Positions 1-10,024 of a stretch of DNA of 42,968 nucleotides are shown piece by piece. The notes under the pieces were generated by a model. It did no database searches. It saw only the letters and a list, made by a program, of their open reading frames with translations, and had not been told where the DNA came from. Made by a program: the position numbers and the translations under genes. The DNA comes from Burkholderiales bacterium (GTDB lineage Bacteria > Pseudomonadota > Gammaproteobacteria > Burkholderiales > Burkholderiaceae_C), in contig JANNEI010000056.1 in NCBI GenBank assembly GCA_031378565.1, positions 1 to 42,968 on the forward strand, in the 5' to 3' direction. The first letter of the stretch is position 1. Every line of letters starts with the position of its first letter.

Positions 1-1077
1 AAGCGGATTCTCGACGATGCGCAGGATCGCGTCGCAGCACTGCTGCACTCCGTCGGCCACCAGAAAATGCGCGCCGGCTTCGGCATCCACGCCGCCTGCC
101 GCGACGCGGCTGGTGACCACCGGCACGCCCATCGCCATCGCTTCGAGGATTTTGTTCTGCGTGCCGCGCGCGATGTCGAGCGGGGCCACCATCAGCGCCG
201 AGCCACGGATGTGGGGCCGCACATCGGCGACCGAACCGGTGACGGTCACGCCGGGCCGCTCGCCCAGTTTTCGCATCTCTGGCGATGGGTCGGCACCGAC
301 GATCAGCAGCTTCATGGCCGGACGCCGCGCCCTGAGCTGCGGCCAGACGGTGGCGCAAAAACGGGCCATGCATTCCTGGTTGGGGTAGTAGTCCATGCGA
401 CCGATGAAGCTGATCGTGTCGGCATCGTAGGGCGCGTCGGTGGGGCTGAAGAAGCCGGCGTCGACCCCGTTCGGAAACCAGTCGGTGGCGGCTCCGGTGG
501 CATAGCTCTCCAGCGTCTCCCACTCGGCCCGCGTGGTCGCCGTGCACAGGTCAAAGCGGCGCGCCAGGCGCTTCTCGGCGCTGAGCATCTTGCGCCCTTC
601 GAGGCGATAGCCGAGCGACAGCGGGAACGGCTTGTGCTCGGCGTACTCGAGCCATTTTTGCGAATCCATGTCGCCGAAGTCGAGGATCTTGGGAACGTCG
701 GTGACGTGCTCGACGTACTGCGCGACGGACGAGCAGTGCACGAAGATCAAGTCCCATCGGCTCGCCGCCAACAATTGACGAACGCGCCGCGCCAGCACCG
801 GCGAATAGAAGAAACCCATCGACGAAGGCGTGAGCAGCGGCAGGCGCGCCACCATCCGCAGGGCTTGAACCGGGCCGCTGACGCGCGCCAGTTCGAACTG
901 CTCGCAATGCGCAGACAAGCCCTGGCCTTCGTCGGCCTCCTCGGGCGAGCGCACCAGCGAACAGACGGTAACCCGGTGGCCCGCAGCGGACAGGTGGCGG
1001 ATCATGTTGAACGGCCGGATCTTGCCGCCCCGCTTGGGCGGAAACGGGAATCGGTGACACAAGTAAAGGATCTTCAT
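1..1077 (-). CDS. GT4-family glycosyltransferase, PEP-CTERM/EpsH1-locus type (C-terminus runs off the window start)
   Basis: Absent from the ORF track because no stop lies in the window. My translation from ATG 1077-1075 gives MKILYLCHRFPFPPKRGGKIRPFNMIRHL...FIGRMDYYPNQE...RGTQNKILEAMAMGVPVVTS, open for 359 codons down to base 1. ATGA start/stop overlap with the upstream gene. Confidence 0.8.
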   Translation of the reverse strand, partial: MKILYLCHRFPFPPKRGGKIRPFNMIRHLSAAGHRVTVCSLVRSPEEADEGQGLSAHCEQFELARVSGPVQALRMVARLPLLTPSSMGFFYSPVLARRVRQLLAASRWDLIFVHCSSVAQYVEHVTDVPKILDFGDMDSQKWLEYAEHKPFPLSLGYRLEGRKMLSAEKRLARRFDLCTATTRAEWETLESYATGAATDWFPNGVDAGFFSPTDAPYDADTISFIGRMDYYPNQECMARFCATVWPQLRARRPAMKLLIVGADPSPEMRKLGERPGVTVTGSVADVRPHIRGSALMVAPLDIARGTQNKILEAMAMGVPVVTSRVAAGGVDAEAGAHFLVADGVQQCCDAILRIVENPL

Positions 1078-2999
1078 GCCACGTGGCTCTTGAGTTCCGC
1101 CGCCACGTCGTCGGGGCTGCGCCGGTCGAGGTGGATGCGGCTCCAGATCTCGAGGTTCATCAGCGCCAGCAGCGCATCGGTGAGGTCAGCGCGGTTGGCT
1201 TCGTGGTCGGCCATCAGGCGCTCGATCACCGGCGCATGGAACAGCCCGCGTGCACGCAGCACCTCGGGTGCCAGCAAGCGCCGCAAAACCGGTGCCAACT
1301 CGCGCTTGAGCCACGCACCCATCGGCGTGCCGAAGCCGCGCTTCTTGCGGTCGAGAATGTCTGCCGGCAGCAGATCGGCCAGCGCCGACTTGAGCAGGTG
1401 CTTGAGCCGGCCATCGCGTACCTTGATCGATGCCGGCATCGCTGCGGCCATCTCGACCAACCGATGGTCCAGCAGCGGCACCCTGCATTCCAGCGACACC
1501 GCCATGCTCATCTTGTCGGTCAGCATCAGCAGATCGTCCGGCAATTGCGTTGCGGCATCGACCGCGAACATGCGGTTCAAATCATCTTCGTTGCCGGCAC
1601 CTGCGAACGCAGCCGCCAGCGCGTCGGGGCCGCGTGTTTCAGCTTGCAGCATCAATGCGCCGATGGTCTGCCGATCAAGCACCTGCAGATAGCTGCGGTA
1701 ACGTTCGTCGGGTGTCAGTTCGGCCGACGCGAGAAAGCCCTTTGCCAGCCGCAGCGTGTTGAGCAAACCCGAATGGCGGTCGGCCGGCAGGTGCCCCGCA
1801 GCCCCCGCAGCCGAGCGCCGCAGCCATGATGGAAGGCGGCGGAAGCGATCGACATAGTGGCCGCCGAGATAGCGCCGGTAGCCGCCGAACAGTTCATCGC
1901 CGCCGACGCCCGAGAGGATGACTTTCACGTCCTGCCGCGCGAACTCGGACACCAGGTAGGTGGTGATGAAGGCCGTGTCCGACAGCGGCTCGTCCATGTG
2001 CCACAACAACTTCGGCAACAGGCCGACGACGTCGGGCCGCACCAGGATTTCACGGTGCCGGGTGCGGAACAACTCGGCCACGCGGCGCGCGTACGGAAGC
2101 TCGTTGTAAAGCGCCTCGGCCTCGCCACCTTCGAAGCCGATGGCATAGCTGCGGATCGGCTGCTGCGAATGGCGAGCCATGAGGCCGACGACCGCACTGG
2201 AATCGACGCCGCCCGACAGGAACGCGCCGATCGGCACGTCGCTGACCATCTGCATGCTCACCGACTCGGCCAACTGCGTGCGCACGCGGTCAGTCCACTC
2301 CTGCTCGGGCACACCGCGTTCGATGTGCTGCGGCAGGTGCCAGTAGCGCCACTCCCGCACCCTGCCATCCTCGACCGACAACAGGCTGGCCGGAGGCAAC
2401 TTTCGCATGCCCTTGAAGATGCAGCCCGGTGCGGCGACATAACCCAGGTGCAGGTAGCCGGCGACGACGCCGGTGTCGAGCTCGGCGCGCATGCCCGGCA
2501 GCGTCAGCAAGGCCTTGGCCTCGGTCGAGAACGCCAGCCGGTTGCCGTCCTGCGCGACGTAAAGAGGCTTGATGCCGAGCCGGTCACGGCCGATCAGCAG
2601 CCGACGCCGCCGTGCGTCCCACAGCGCGAAGGCGAACATGCCGTTCAGACGCTCGACGAAGGCGTCACCTTCGGCGTCGTACAGATGGAGCAGGACTTCG
2701 CTGTCGGAGCCGGTTTTGAAGACGCAACCGCTGGCTTGCAGCTCGGCACGAAGCTCGCGGAAGTTATAGATTTCGCCGTTGCAGACCAGCCAGCGCGTCT
2801 GGTCCGCGTTCGACAAAGGCTGGTGGCCGCCTGCGAGATCGATGATCGACAGCCGCCGCATCGCGATGCCGCAGGCACCGTCGATGTGCATGCCTTCATC
2901 GTCGGGGCCGCGATGGCGCGTCACGTCGCCCATGGCTGACAGCAGGGGTGCGCCGACGCTTCGCCCGTCGAGCTGGTAGATGCCGTGGATGCCGCACAT
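1074..2999 (-). CDS. Asparagine synthase (glutamine-hydrolysing) family amidotransferase, EPS-locus paralogue 1
   Basis: 641-aa ORF. N-terminal MCGIHGIY (Cys2 Ntn glutaminase nucleophile), LSIIDL, NGEIYNF, SDSEVLLHLY, and SGGVDSS PP-loop. GAGG lies 5-6 nt before the ATG. Confidence 0.9.
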   Translation of the reverse strand: MCGIHGIYQLDGRSVGAPLLSAMGDVTRHRGPDDEGMHIDGACGIAMRRLSIIDLAGGHQPLSNADQTRWLVCNGEIYNFRELRAELQASGCVFKTGSDSEVLLHLYDAEGDAFVERLNGMFAFALWDARRRRLLIGRDRLGIKPLYVAQDGNRLAFSTEAKALLTLPGMRAELDTGVVAGYLHLGYVAAPGCIFKGMRKLPPASLLSVEDGRVREWRYWHLPQHIERGVPEQEWTDRVRTQLAESVSMQMVSDVPIGAFLSGGVDSSAVVGLMARHSQQPIRSYAIGFEGGEAEALYNELPYARRVAELFRTRHREILVRPDVVGLLPKLLWHMDEPLSDTAFITTYLVSEFARQDVKVILSGVGGDELFGGYRRYLGGHYVDRFRRLPSWLRRSAAGAAGHLPADRHSGLLNTLRLAKGFLASAELTPDERYRSYLQVLDRQTIGALMLQAETRGPDALAAAFAGAGNEDDLNRMFAVDAATQLPDDLLMLTDKMSMAVSLECRVPLLDHRLVEMAAAMPASIKVRDGRLKHLLKSALADLLPADILDRKKRGFGTPMGAWLKRELAPVLRRLLAPEVLRARGLFHAPVIERLMADHEANRADLTDALLALMNLEIWSRIHLDRRSPDDVAAELKSHVA

Positions 3000-3006
3000 G
3001 GGTGCC

Positions 3007-4230
3007 TCAGACGCCCGCTGCCGACGCCGACACCCGACCGCGCCCGTTCAGCGCGCGGGCGTAGACGCCGCGGTAGCGCGCGACGCTGGCCTGCCAGGTC
3101 CGTTCGGACTCGACATAACGCCTCGCCTGGGCGCGAACCTTCGGCCACAGATCGCGCCGCGCCAGCAGGTCGTCGATCGCTTGCGCCAGCGTGGCGGCAT
3201 CGCCCGCACGAAACAGAAACCCGGTCTCGCCGTGGCGGATCAGCTCGCGGTGCCCGCCCACGTCGGACGCGACGAACATGCGCCCCTGGGCCATTGCTTC
3301 GAGCGGCTTCAACGGCGTGACCAGTTCGGTCAGCCGGGTCGACAGCCGCGGATAAGCCAGCACATCGATCAGTTCGTAGTAGCGCTGCACATCGCCGTGC
3401 GGAACACGCCCGGTGAACACGACACGATCGCCGATTCCGGCGGCCGTTGCCTGCGCCTTCAGCGCGTCTTCTTGCGGGCCGCCGCCCACCATCAGCACCC
3501 GCAGGGTCGGGTGCCGAGGAACCATTCGGCGCGCGGCCTCGATCAGCAGGTCGAGCCCCTCATACGCGTAGAACGAGCCGGCAAAGCCGAGTACCGTGCA
3601 GCCGTCGAGGCCCAGTGAGCGGCGCAGTTCGGCATCGGCCTCGACGCCGAAGCAGAACTCGCGCGCGTCCACGGCGTTCGGAATCACGGTCACGCGGTCC
3701 TCGGCGATGCCACGCGCGCAAATGTCGCGCTGCAGTCCGGCGCAAATGGTGGTGACCTGGTCCGCATGGCGCAGGGCAAAGCTCTCGAGCGCGCGCGAGG
3801 CGCGGTAGCGCGGGCTGCCCTCGGCGGTGGCACCGTGATCGACCGCCGCGTCTTCCCACGAGGCGCGCATTTCGTACACCACGGGCAGGCGCAACCGCCG
3901 CCCCACCCACAGGCTGGGCAATGCGTTCAGCACCGGCGAATGCGCGTGAATCAGGTCGGGCCGTGTCTGCACCGCCAGGGTTGCCAGGCGCCCGGCGGTC
4001 AGCCGCATCTGCGCCACCAGGCCAATGCCCTCGACATTCGGCGTGCGTGAAAACGTCCAGCCATCGACTTCTTCTTCGAGCACCTGGCTCGCACCCTGTT
4101 TCGGTGTCGTCAGATGCACCGTGTCCCAGCCGAGGGCGTGTTGCTCACGCAGGATCGACAGCGTGCGGAACGTGTATCCGCTGTGCAGCGGCAGCGAATG
4201 GTCCAGGACGTGAAGAATGCGCAGGCTCAT
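3007..4230 (-). CDS. GT4 glycosyltransferase, exosortase A-associated type
   Basis: Internal start MSLRILHVLDHSLPLHSGYTFRTLSIL at 4230, overlapping the upstream stop by 1 nt (TGATG). The 35 upstream residues of the ORF are Arg/Ala-rich shadow. C-terminal E..G.PL.EAMAQG GT-B motif. Confidence 0.85.
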   Translation of the reverse strand: MSLRILHVLDHSLPLHSGYTFRTLSILREQHALGWDTVHLTTPKQGASQVLEEEVDGWTFSRTPNVEGIGLVAQMRLTAGRLATLAVQTRPDLIHAHSPVLNALPSLWVGRRLRLPVVYEMRASWEDAAVDHGATAEGSPRYRASRALESFALRHADQVTTICAGLQRDICARGIAEDRVTVIPNAVDAREFCFGVEADAELRRSLGLDGCTVLGFAGSFYAYEGLDLLIEAARRMVPRHPTLRVLMVGGGPQEDALKAQATAAGIGDRVVFTGRVPHGDVQRYYELIDVLAYPRLSTRLTELVTPLKPLEAMAQGRMFVASDVGGHRELIRHGETGFLFRAGDAATLAQAIDDLLARRDLWPKVRAQARRYVESERTWQASVARYRGVYARALNGRGRVSASAAGV

Positions 4231-6179
4231 CACGGTGCCACGGGCTCGGCCGTCTCGACGACCCGATTCGACAAGCCGACCGCGGGCGCGTCGAGCACGT
4301 TGCGCAGGAAGGCCTCGAACATCATTAGCGTCCACAGCGGAGAGCTGTAGTCGCGGGCACCCGACTGGTGGGCGTCGATCAGGTGTTCGAGGTAGGGCCG
4401 GTTGAACCAGCCGGTTTCCGCCAGCCGCGGGCCCAGCACCGCCTCACGCATGCGAGCCTTCAACGGGCCGCGGAACCAGCGTGCCAGCGGCACCGAGAAA
4501 CCCATCTTCGGCCGGTACAGGATGTCTGGCGGCAGGTGCGGCTCCATCGCCTTCTTCAGAAGGTATTTGCCTTCCTGGCCGCGGATCTTGAGCGACGACG
4601 GCAGGGTCGCGAGCCACTCGACCAGCTCATGGTCCATCAGCGGTTCGCGCACCTCAAGCGAGTGCGCCATGCTGGCGCGGTCGACCTTGGTGTTGATGTC
4701 TCCCACCAGGTAGGTCTTGAGGTCGATGTACTGGATCAGCGCCAGCGGATCGTCGGTGTCGGCGCGCGCGGCATGGCCGCTGAAAACCTGCTGTGCGCTG
4801 TAGCCGCCGAGTGCCGACTTGAAGCGGTCACTGAACAACTGGTCTCTCATGGGCGCACCCAGGATCGAAATCGAATGGAAATACGCCTCGACCGAGCTGC
4901 GTGCAATGCCTTCGAAGGTGGTCTTGGCGCGGAACATGCGCGGTGCCCAGTCGGCCTTCGGGTAGGCACGCCCGAGCATCCCGAAAATCGGTTGCCGCAC
5001 GGCCAGCGGCAGCGCCGAACGCATGCGCTCTTCCATCAGGTGCAGGCGGTAGCGCCGGTAGCCGCCGAAGCTCTCGTCACCACCGTCGCCCGACAACGCC
5101 ACGGTCACATGCTTGCGGGCCAGCTGGCAGACTCGGTAGGTCGGCATCGCCGAACTGTCCGCAAAGGGTTCGTCGTAGAGCCGGGCCAGCGTGTCGACGA
5201 GGTCGAAGTCGTCGCTGCCGACCGTGTCGACATGGTGATGGGTGCGGTAACGGTCGGCCACGATTTTCGCGAATGCCGACTCGTTGAAGGCCGGGTCATC
5301 GAAGGCGATCGAACAGGTGTTGACCGGCTCTGCCGACAGCCCGGCCATCGCCGCGACCACCGCACTCGAATCGACCCCGCCAGACAAGAAGGCACCCAGC
5401 GGCACCTCGGCAATCATGCGCAGGCGCACCGACTCCGCGAGCCGCGCATTCAACTCGGCGCTGGCGTCGGCAGCGTTGATCTTGTTGTCGAGGCTGAAGC
5501 GAACGTCCCAGTACTCGCGCGGCTCGGCAGCCACATCACCGCGCCGCACGCAGAGGGTGTGGCCCGGTGAAAGCTTGCTGGCCTGGCGGAAAATCGTGCG
5601 CGGCTCGGCGACGTAGCCCAGTGCGAAATACTCTTCGACCGCCAGCGGATCCATCTCTCGTGGCAGCCCGCCGTGGGCCAGCAACGACTTCAGTTCGGAG
5701 CCGAACAGGAATGTGCCGTCGGGCAGCCACGCGTAGTACAGCGGCTTGACTGCCAGCCGGTCACGCGCGAGGAACAGCGTCTCGCGGTTGCGGTCCCACA
5801 GCGCGAAGGCGAACATGCCGCGAAAGCGCTTGACGCAGTCCTCGCCCCACTCCTCCCACGCGTGAACGATGACTTCGGTGTCGCTGTGGGTGCGGAACAC
5901 ATGGCCCAGCGACTGCAGTTCGGGCACCAGCGTCTGGAAGTTGTAGATCTCGCCGTTGAAGACCACGATGACCGAGCCGTCTTCGTTGCACAGCGGTTGC
6001 TGGCCGGTGGCAATGTCGATGATGGACAGCCGCCGATGTCCGAGGCCGAGGCCGGGTTCCAGGTGCACCCCGCCCTCGTCGGGCCCGCGATGAAACTGGG
6101 CATCGTTCATGCGAATCAAGGCCGCGCGGTCGATCTCGCTGCGGCCGCGGACATCGAATATTCCGGCTATTCCGCACAT
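4230..6179 (-). CDS. Asparagine synthase family amidotransferase (exosortase A system-associated amidotransferase type), paralogue 2
   Basis: 649-aa ORF. MCGIAGIF, LSIIDI, FNGEIYNF, SDTEVIVHAW, MFAFALWD, SGGVDSS. Confidence 0.9.
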   Translation of the reverse strand: MCGIAGIFDVRGRSEIDRAALIRMNDAQFHRGPDEGGVHLEPGLGLGHRRLSIIDIATGQQPLCNEDGSVIVVFNGEIYNFQTLVPELQSLGHVFRTHSDTEVIVHAWEEWGEDCVKRFRGMFAFALWDRNRETLFLARDRLAVKPLYYAWLPDGTFLFGSELKSLLAHGGLPREMDPLAVEEYFALGYVAEPRTIFRQASKLSPGHTLCVRRGDVAAEPREYWDVRFSLDNKINAADASAELNARLAESVRLRMIAEVPLGAFLSGGVDSSAVVAAMAGLSAEPVNTCSIAFDDPAFNESAFAKIVADRYRTHHHVDTVGSDDFDLVDTLARLYDEPFADSSAMPTYRVCQLARKHVTVALSGDGGDESFGGYRRYRLHLMEERMRSALPLAVRQPIFGMLGRAYPKADWAPRMFRAKTTFEGIARSSVEAYFHSISILGAPMRDQLFSDRFKSALGGYSAQQVFSGHAARADTDDPLALIQYIDLKTYLVGDINTKVDRASMAHSLEVREPLMDHELVEWLATLPSSLKIRGQEGKYLLKKAMEPHLPPDILYRPKMGFSVPLARWFRGPLKARMREAVLGPRLAETGWFNRPYLEHLIDAHQSGARDYSSPLWTLMMFEAFLRNVLDAPAVGLSNRVVETAEPVAP

Positions 6180-6206
6180 GGGTCGAAGTCCGCTGAAGTT
6201 GGAAAG

Positions 6207-7355
6207 TCACGCATGGTGCAGCAGCGTCTCGTACTCCGCCTGATACTTCTCGACCATCAGCCCGAGGCTGAAATTGTCGACCGCGAGCCGGCGTGATGCG
6301 GTTCCGTGAGCGCGTCGAACGCGAGGTTGATCGAGGTAGTCGACGATCTGCGTTTCGAGCGTCGACGCGTCGCCAGTGGAAAACAGCTTGCCGTTGACTC
6401 CGTCGTGGACGAGTTCGGTGTTGCCGCCGACGCGGGTCGCGATGATCGGCAGGCCCGTCGCCATCGCTTCGAGGATGGTGTTGGAAATGCCCTCGGCCAG
6501 CGACGGCAGCACGAACACATCGAACAGGCGCAGCAGGTCCGCAACGTTGTGGCGGTTGCCAGCGAACCATGTCAGCGGCGCGATCCCCAGTTCGCCGGCG
6601 AGACGAGCCAACTCGCCTTGAAGCGGGCCATCACCAACCACCACCAGGCGGACCTTCAATGCGCCGCGCGCGTCACGCTGAGCGACCCGGGCAAAGGCGC
6701 GCAACAGGGTGGCCTGGTCTTTCACCGGCTGAAGCCGCCCAACCGTTCCGACGACGACAGGATCGCCAGCCAGGAAGCCGGGCGGGGGCAAATCGAGCGG
6801 CTTCTGCGTCGTGGGGAAAAACTTCCCGGTATCGACACCATTGCAGATGGTTGCGATGCGATCGGGCCGAACGTGCACCCGGTCCACCAGATAGCGCTCG
6901 AGATGTTGCGACACCGTGATGTAGCGGTCGACCAGGGGCGCGTGCAGACGGCGCAGCACCAGGGGCTTCAGGCTGTTGCCGAACAGATCGTTGACATCCC
7001 ACCCATGCTCGCCGTGGATGCAGCGACGCACGCCGGACAGGCGCGCAGGCAGCAGCGCGTCGAGCCCGGACTGGTTTCTGGAGTGCACGATGGCGGGCCG
7101 CAGCCGCCGGCACAGCTGGTACAGCGCGCGGCGCAGCCGCCAGACCCCGATGCGCGAACGATGCAGGGCGTAGACCTCGGTGTCCGGCCCGACGATTCGA
7201 TTCCGAAAGTCGGAAAAATCCTCGATGCAAGCCACGGCATGCCGATAGCGCGACTGCGGCATGTGGTTGATCAGGCTCACCAGTCCGTTCTCCAGGCCGC
7301 CGGTGGCCAGGCGGTGGACGACGTGAAGAATCAACGGGCGAGTGTCGGCACTCAT
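6207..7355 (-). CDS. GT4 glycosyltransferase, PEP-CTERM/EpsH1 system-associated type
   Basis: Start MSADTRPLILHVVHRLATGGLENGLVSLINHM at 7355. The rest of the 599-aa track ORF overlaps the exosortase gene in another frame and looks spurious. EGISNTILEAMATGLPIIATRVGGN motif. Confidence 0.85.
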   Translation of the reverse strand: MSADTRPLILHVVHRLATGGLENGLVSLINHMPQSRYRHAVACIEDFSDFRNRIVGPDTEVYALHRSRIGVWRLRRALYQLCRRLRPAIVHSRNQSGLDALLPARLSGVRRCIHGEHGWDVNDLFGNSLKPLVLRRLHAPLVDRYITVSQHLERYLVDRVHVRPDRIATICNGVDTGKFFPTTQKPLDLPPPGFLAGDPVVVGTVGRLQPVKDQATLLRAFARVAQRDARGALKVRLVVVGDGPLQGELARLAGELGIAPLTWFAGNRHNVADLLRLFDVFVLPSLAEGISNTILEAMATGLPIIATRVGGNTELVHDGVNGKLFSTGDASTLETQIVDYLDQPRVRRAHGTASRRLAVDNFSLGLMVEKYQAEYETLLHHA

Positions 7356-7366
7356 CGCTTTCCCGT

Positions 7367-8974
7367 TCACGGTCGCGCACCTCGGGTCTTGTTCAGCAAG
7401 GTCTCGATGGCTGCGAGATTTGCCGCGGTGAAGCCCTGCAGTGTCGCCTCGCCATCTGCCGCTGGGGTGTAGGCGACGATCACCGCAGCGTCGTCGCCTC
7501 GGCCCATCAGCTTGCCGAGCAGCGTCTCGATTCTGGCAACCAGGTCGCTCGACGTGAATCGGCCGTTCACCCAATAGGTCCGCCACACCAGCAGATCGCC
7601 TCGGCCCGGCGTGCGGCTGCGCAGTGTCGTCACGCGCAAAGTGAGCGGCCGTCCGCCCATGTCGATGACGCGGGTGCTGTCGGACGTCGTGGCCCAGTCG
7701 GGGTCCTCTGACTTGACCAACACGTTGCCCGATCCGATCAGCTTTCGGTGCTGGTCCTGCTGGCGGTAGTAGCCGATGTAGACGCCGACGTTGCGTGCTT
7801 CGCTGGAATAGACACGTTCCATCTCCGCTGAGGCGTTGCCGAAGGCCGGTTTCAGGTCGATCGCCGCGCCACCCACCGCAGACCAACGTTCCGACAGCGA
7901 CACCGGTGCCGCAAGAATCGGCTTGGCGCTTGCACCTGCCTCGACAAGCGCTTTGGCTGCGTGCGGTACGGCCACGATGATTGCGGCGACCACCACGACC
8001 CACCACAACCGGGTCGATGCAGCAAAGGCCTCGGCCACCGGCACAAACGGGCGCTTGGCGGTGTCGTTTGATTCAGGCTGCGCCCAGCGTGCGCCGATCC
8101 AGAACATCAACAGGATCACGACGCCGAAGAACAGCCAGCCGTACACGAGGTGGTCCACCCCTGCGGCGAGCTTGTTGCCCGACACGTGTCCCAGCAGAAC
8201 GATCAGGTAGGCGCGCACCCAGTTCGCAATGATCGGCACCACGATGGCCGCACCCATGAAAATGAGGCGACGCCGCGTGGACTGGTAGTTGAGGTGAGCA
8301 AACAAGGTGCCGACCATGAACGACGCGATGAGATAGCGCACGCCGCTGCAAGCCTCGACCACCGACCACGAACCCGACGGGATCACGAAATTGAGCCCGT
8401 CGCGGAACACCGGTATGCCGCTGAGCCGCAACGCGAACACGGTCACGTCGGCGGTCCATTCCATCAGCTGCGGGACCAGCACCTCCCCCATCGGCACCGC
8501 AAAGAACAGAAACGCCAGTGGAAAGAGGATGGTTCGCGACGCTGGCAGACCGATGATGCTGACCGTGGCCAGCACCAGCAGAGCAGTCATCGCGAACTGG
8601 GTGACGGAATTCAAGGCTGCCAGTTCACCGATCAACCACACGAGAGCGAATGCGGCCAGTGGCAGCAGGCCCAAGGGGGTTGGGCGTGGCACCACGGCGG
8701 CCAGCACGCCTCGACGGCCCCAGACCAGCCACAGCACGATGGGCGGCACCAGAAACGCGTGGGCATAGGTGTCGGAGCGCTGCCAGATGGACACCATTTC
8801 GACGGCGGTGTCGCGGTACAGAAGCAAGATGCCCGCGAGCAGGAACAGCAATGCCAGGCCCGTCAGCCGCCACGACAGGGCGTGAGTCGCGGGCACCCCG
8901 GCCGCGACTGCGCCGCCCTTGCTGCGAAGCTCTGGCGGCGACCTGTCGGCGAGTTCGTTCACGGCGGCCCTCAC
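7367..8974 (-). CDS. xrtA: Exosortase A fused to a C-terminal EpsI-family domain
   Basis: Polytopic N-terminal half with SVVEACSGVRYL (catalytic Cys motif) and IIANWVRAYLIVLLGH. Soluble C-terminal roughly 200 aa is typical of EpsI. GTG start forms a GTGA overlap with the upstream stop. Confidence 0.85.
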   Translation of the reverse strand: MRAAVNELADRSPPELRSKGGAVAAGVPATHALSWRLTGLALLFLLAGILLLYRDTAVEMVSIWQRSDTYAHAFLVPPIVLWLVWGRRGVLAAVVPRPTPLGLLPLAAFALVWLIGELAALNSVTQFAMTALLVLATVSIIGLPASRTILFPLAFLFFAVPMGEVLVPQLMEWTADVTVFALRLSGIPVFRDGLNFVIPSGSWSVVEACSGVRYLIASFMVGTLFAHLNYQSTRRRLIFMGAAIVVPIIANWVRAYLIVLLGHVSGNKLAAGVDHLVYGWLFFGVVILLMFWIGARWAQPESNDTAKRPFVPVAEAFAASTRLWWVVVVAAIIVAVPHAAKALVEAGASAKPILAAPVSLSERWSAVGGAAIDLKPAFGNASAEMERVYSSEARNVGVYIGYYRQQDQHRKLIGSGNVLVKSEDPDWATTSDSTRVIDMGGRPLTLRVTTLRSRTPGRGDLLVWRTYWVNGRFTSSDLVARIETLLGKLMGRGDDAAVIVAYTPAADGEATLQGFTAANLAAIETLLNKTRGARP

Positions 8975-10008
8975 CCCAGGCTGCGCACCACGAACGGCCC
9001 GAGCCAGTTCGCCACGCCGATCGGCATGCGCTTCCAGGTTTCGATCAACAGCCGGTACTTCGCGTTGGCCGGGTTGTTCTGGGGAATGGTATTTCGCTTG
9101 TAGAGGCGGTATTCGTAGTGCAGCGGCTGCGCCTCGAAGCCCCAGTTCTTCTTGAACGCATATGAGCCGGTGCCCTGCTTGCTGCGGCCGTAGTCGAACA
9201 GCTTCAGGCCTTTGGCGCAGGAACGCCGCATCAGCTCCCAGTACTTGAAGTCGTTTGCGGCGAGTTCGCGCGCCGACTCGTCGTCACCCGCGTAGTACGG
9301 AAGGACTTCATCGCGAAAATAGAAGCTCACGACGCCACTCAGCGCACGGCCACCGGGTGCGCTGACGATGAGCACTTCGCAGTCGGTGCCAAACTCATCG
9401 TGCAGCGCCTGGAAATAGCGCTTCGGCAGCGCCGGCGTGCCGTGACGGTGGACGTTCTCGGCGTAGAGCGAGAAGAAGCGGTCGAAGCCTGGATCGATGT
9501 CGCTGCGCAGTCCGTTCTTGATCCCCTTGCGCACCATCGCACGCTGCTTGCGCGGGATCGCCAGCATGTTGGCTGCCTCGTCGGGCAGGATGGCTTTGCG
9601 GAAGGTGACGTACAGGTCCTGCTTCGGCCAGTCGCCATGGCGCGCATCCAGGTGGCGCAGTTCGAGGTGGTCGACATCCAGATGACGGGCGATGCGCTGG
9701 GCTTCGTCTTCCAGTGCGCGCGCCACATCCGCATTCGTTGCCGCCACGCCGCCATAGACAGCGAACGGAAGGCTGACCAGCGAGTTGCCGAACAACAGCG
9801 ACTTGACGTGTGCGAGCGGCAGGACGCCTTCAACGTGCCCATCGATCTCGGCATAGAGAAAGTAGGTGTCGTGGCGGAACACCTCGCCCAGGATCTTCTG
9901 CCAGCCAGCGCGATGAAAGAAGGTTGCTACCGGACAGGACAGCACGAACCGATCCCAGCGCAACGCGGCCGGGGCGTCGTGCAACGACAGGCGTTGGAGG
10001 GTCAGCAC
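8971..10008 (-). CDS. FemAB-family protein, PEP-CTERM system-associated
   Basis: 345 aa. MLTLQRLSLHD...FFHRAGWQKIL...FKYWELMR...FKKNWGFE. Sits in the position typical for the exosortase-locus FemAB-like gene. Confidence 0.85.
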   Translation of the reverse strand: MLTLQRLSLHDAPAALRWDRFVLSCPVATFFHRAGWQKILGEVFRHDTYFLYAEIDGHVEGVLPLAHVKSLLFGNSLVSLPFAVYGGVAATNADVARALEDEAQRIARHLDVDHLELRHLDARHGDWPKQDLYVTFRKAILPDEAANMLAIPRKQRAMVRKGIKNGLRSDIDPGFDRFFSLYAENVHRHGTPALPKRYFQALHDEFGTDCEVLIVSAPGGRALSGVVSFYFRDEVLPYYAGDDESARELAANDFKYWELMRRSCAKGLKLFDYGRSKQGTGSYAFKKNWGFEAQPLHYEYRLYKRNTIPQNNPANAKYRLLIETWKRMPIGVANWLGPFVVRSLG

Positions 10009-10024
10009 GAGCGTGGGAGCGGCA

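Noticed and set aside
67-1692. Very long ORFs antisense to or overlapping the called genes (for example 67..1692+, 10854..12065+, 29282..31123+, 32051..33322+, 33629..35287+, 35127..36389+, 5761..6570-).
   Set aside because: Their products are Arg/Ala/Pro/Gly-rich low-complexity strings with no recognisable motifs. The opposite strand or another frame encodes proteins with clear family motifs. These are typical shadow ORFs of high-GC DNA.
6207-8006. N-terminal extensions of track ORFs (6207..8006, 3007..4335, 26978..28162, 27970..29322, 16212..16943, 35214..36632, 37046..37846).
   Set aside because: The extensions overlap the upstream genes or regulatory sites, look like shadow sequence and lack SDs. 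Internal starts give family-typical N-termini, often with SDs or start/stop coupling.
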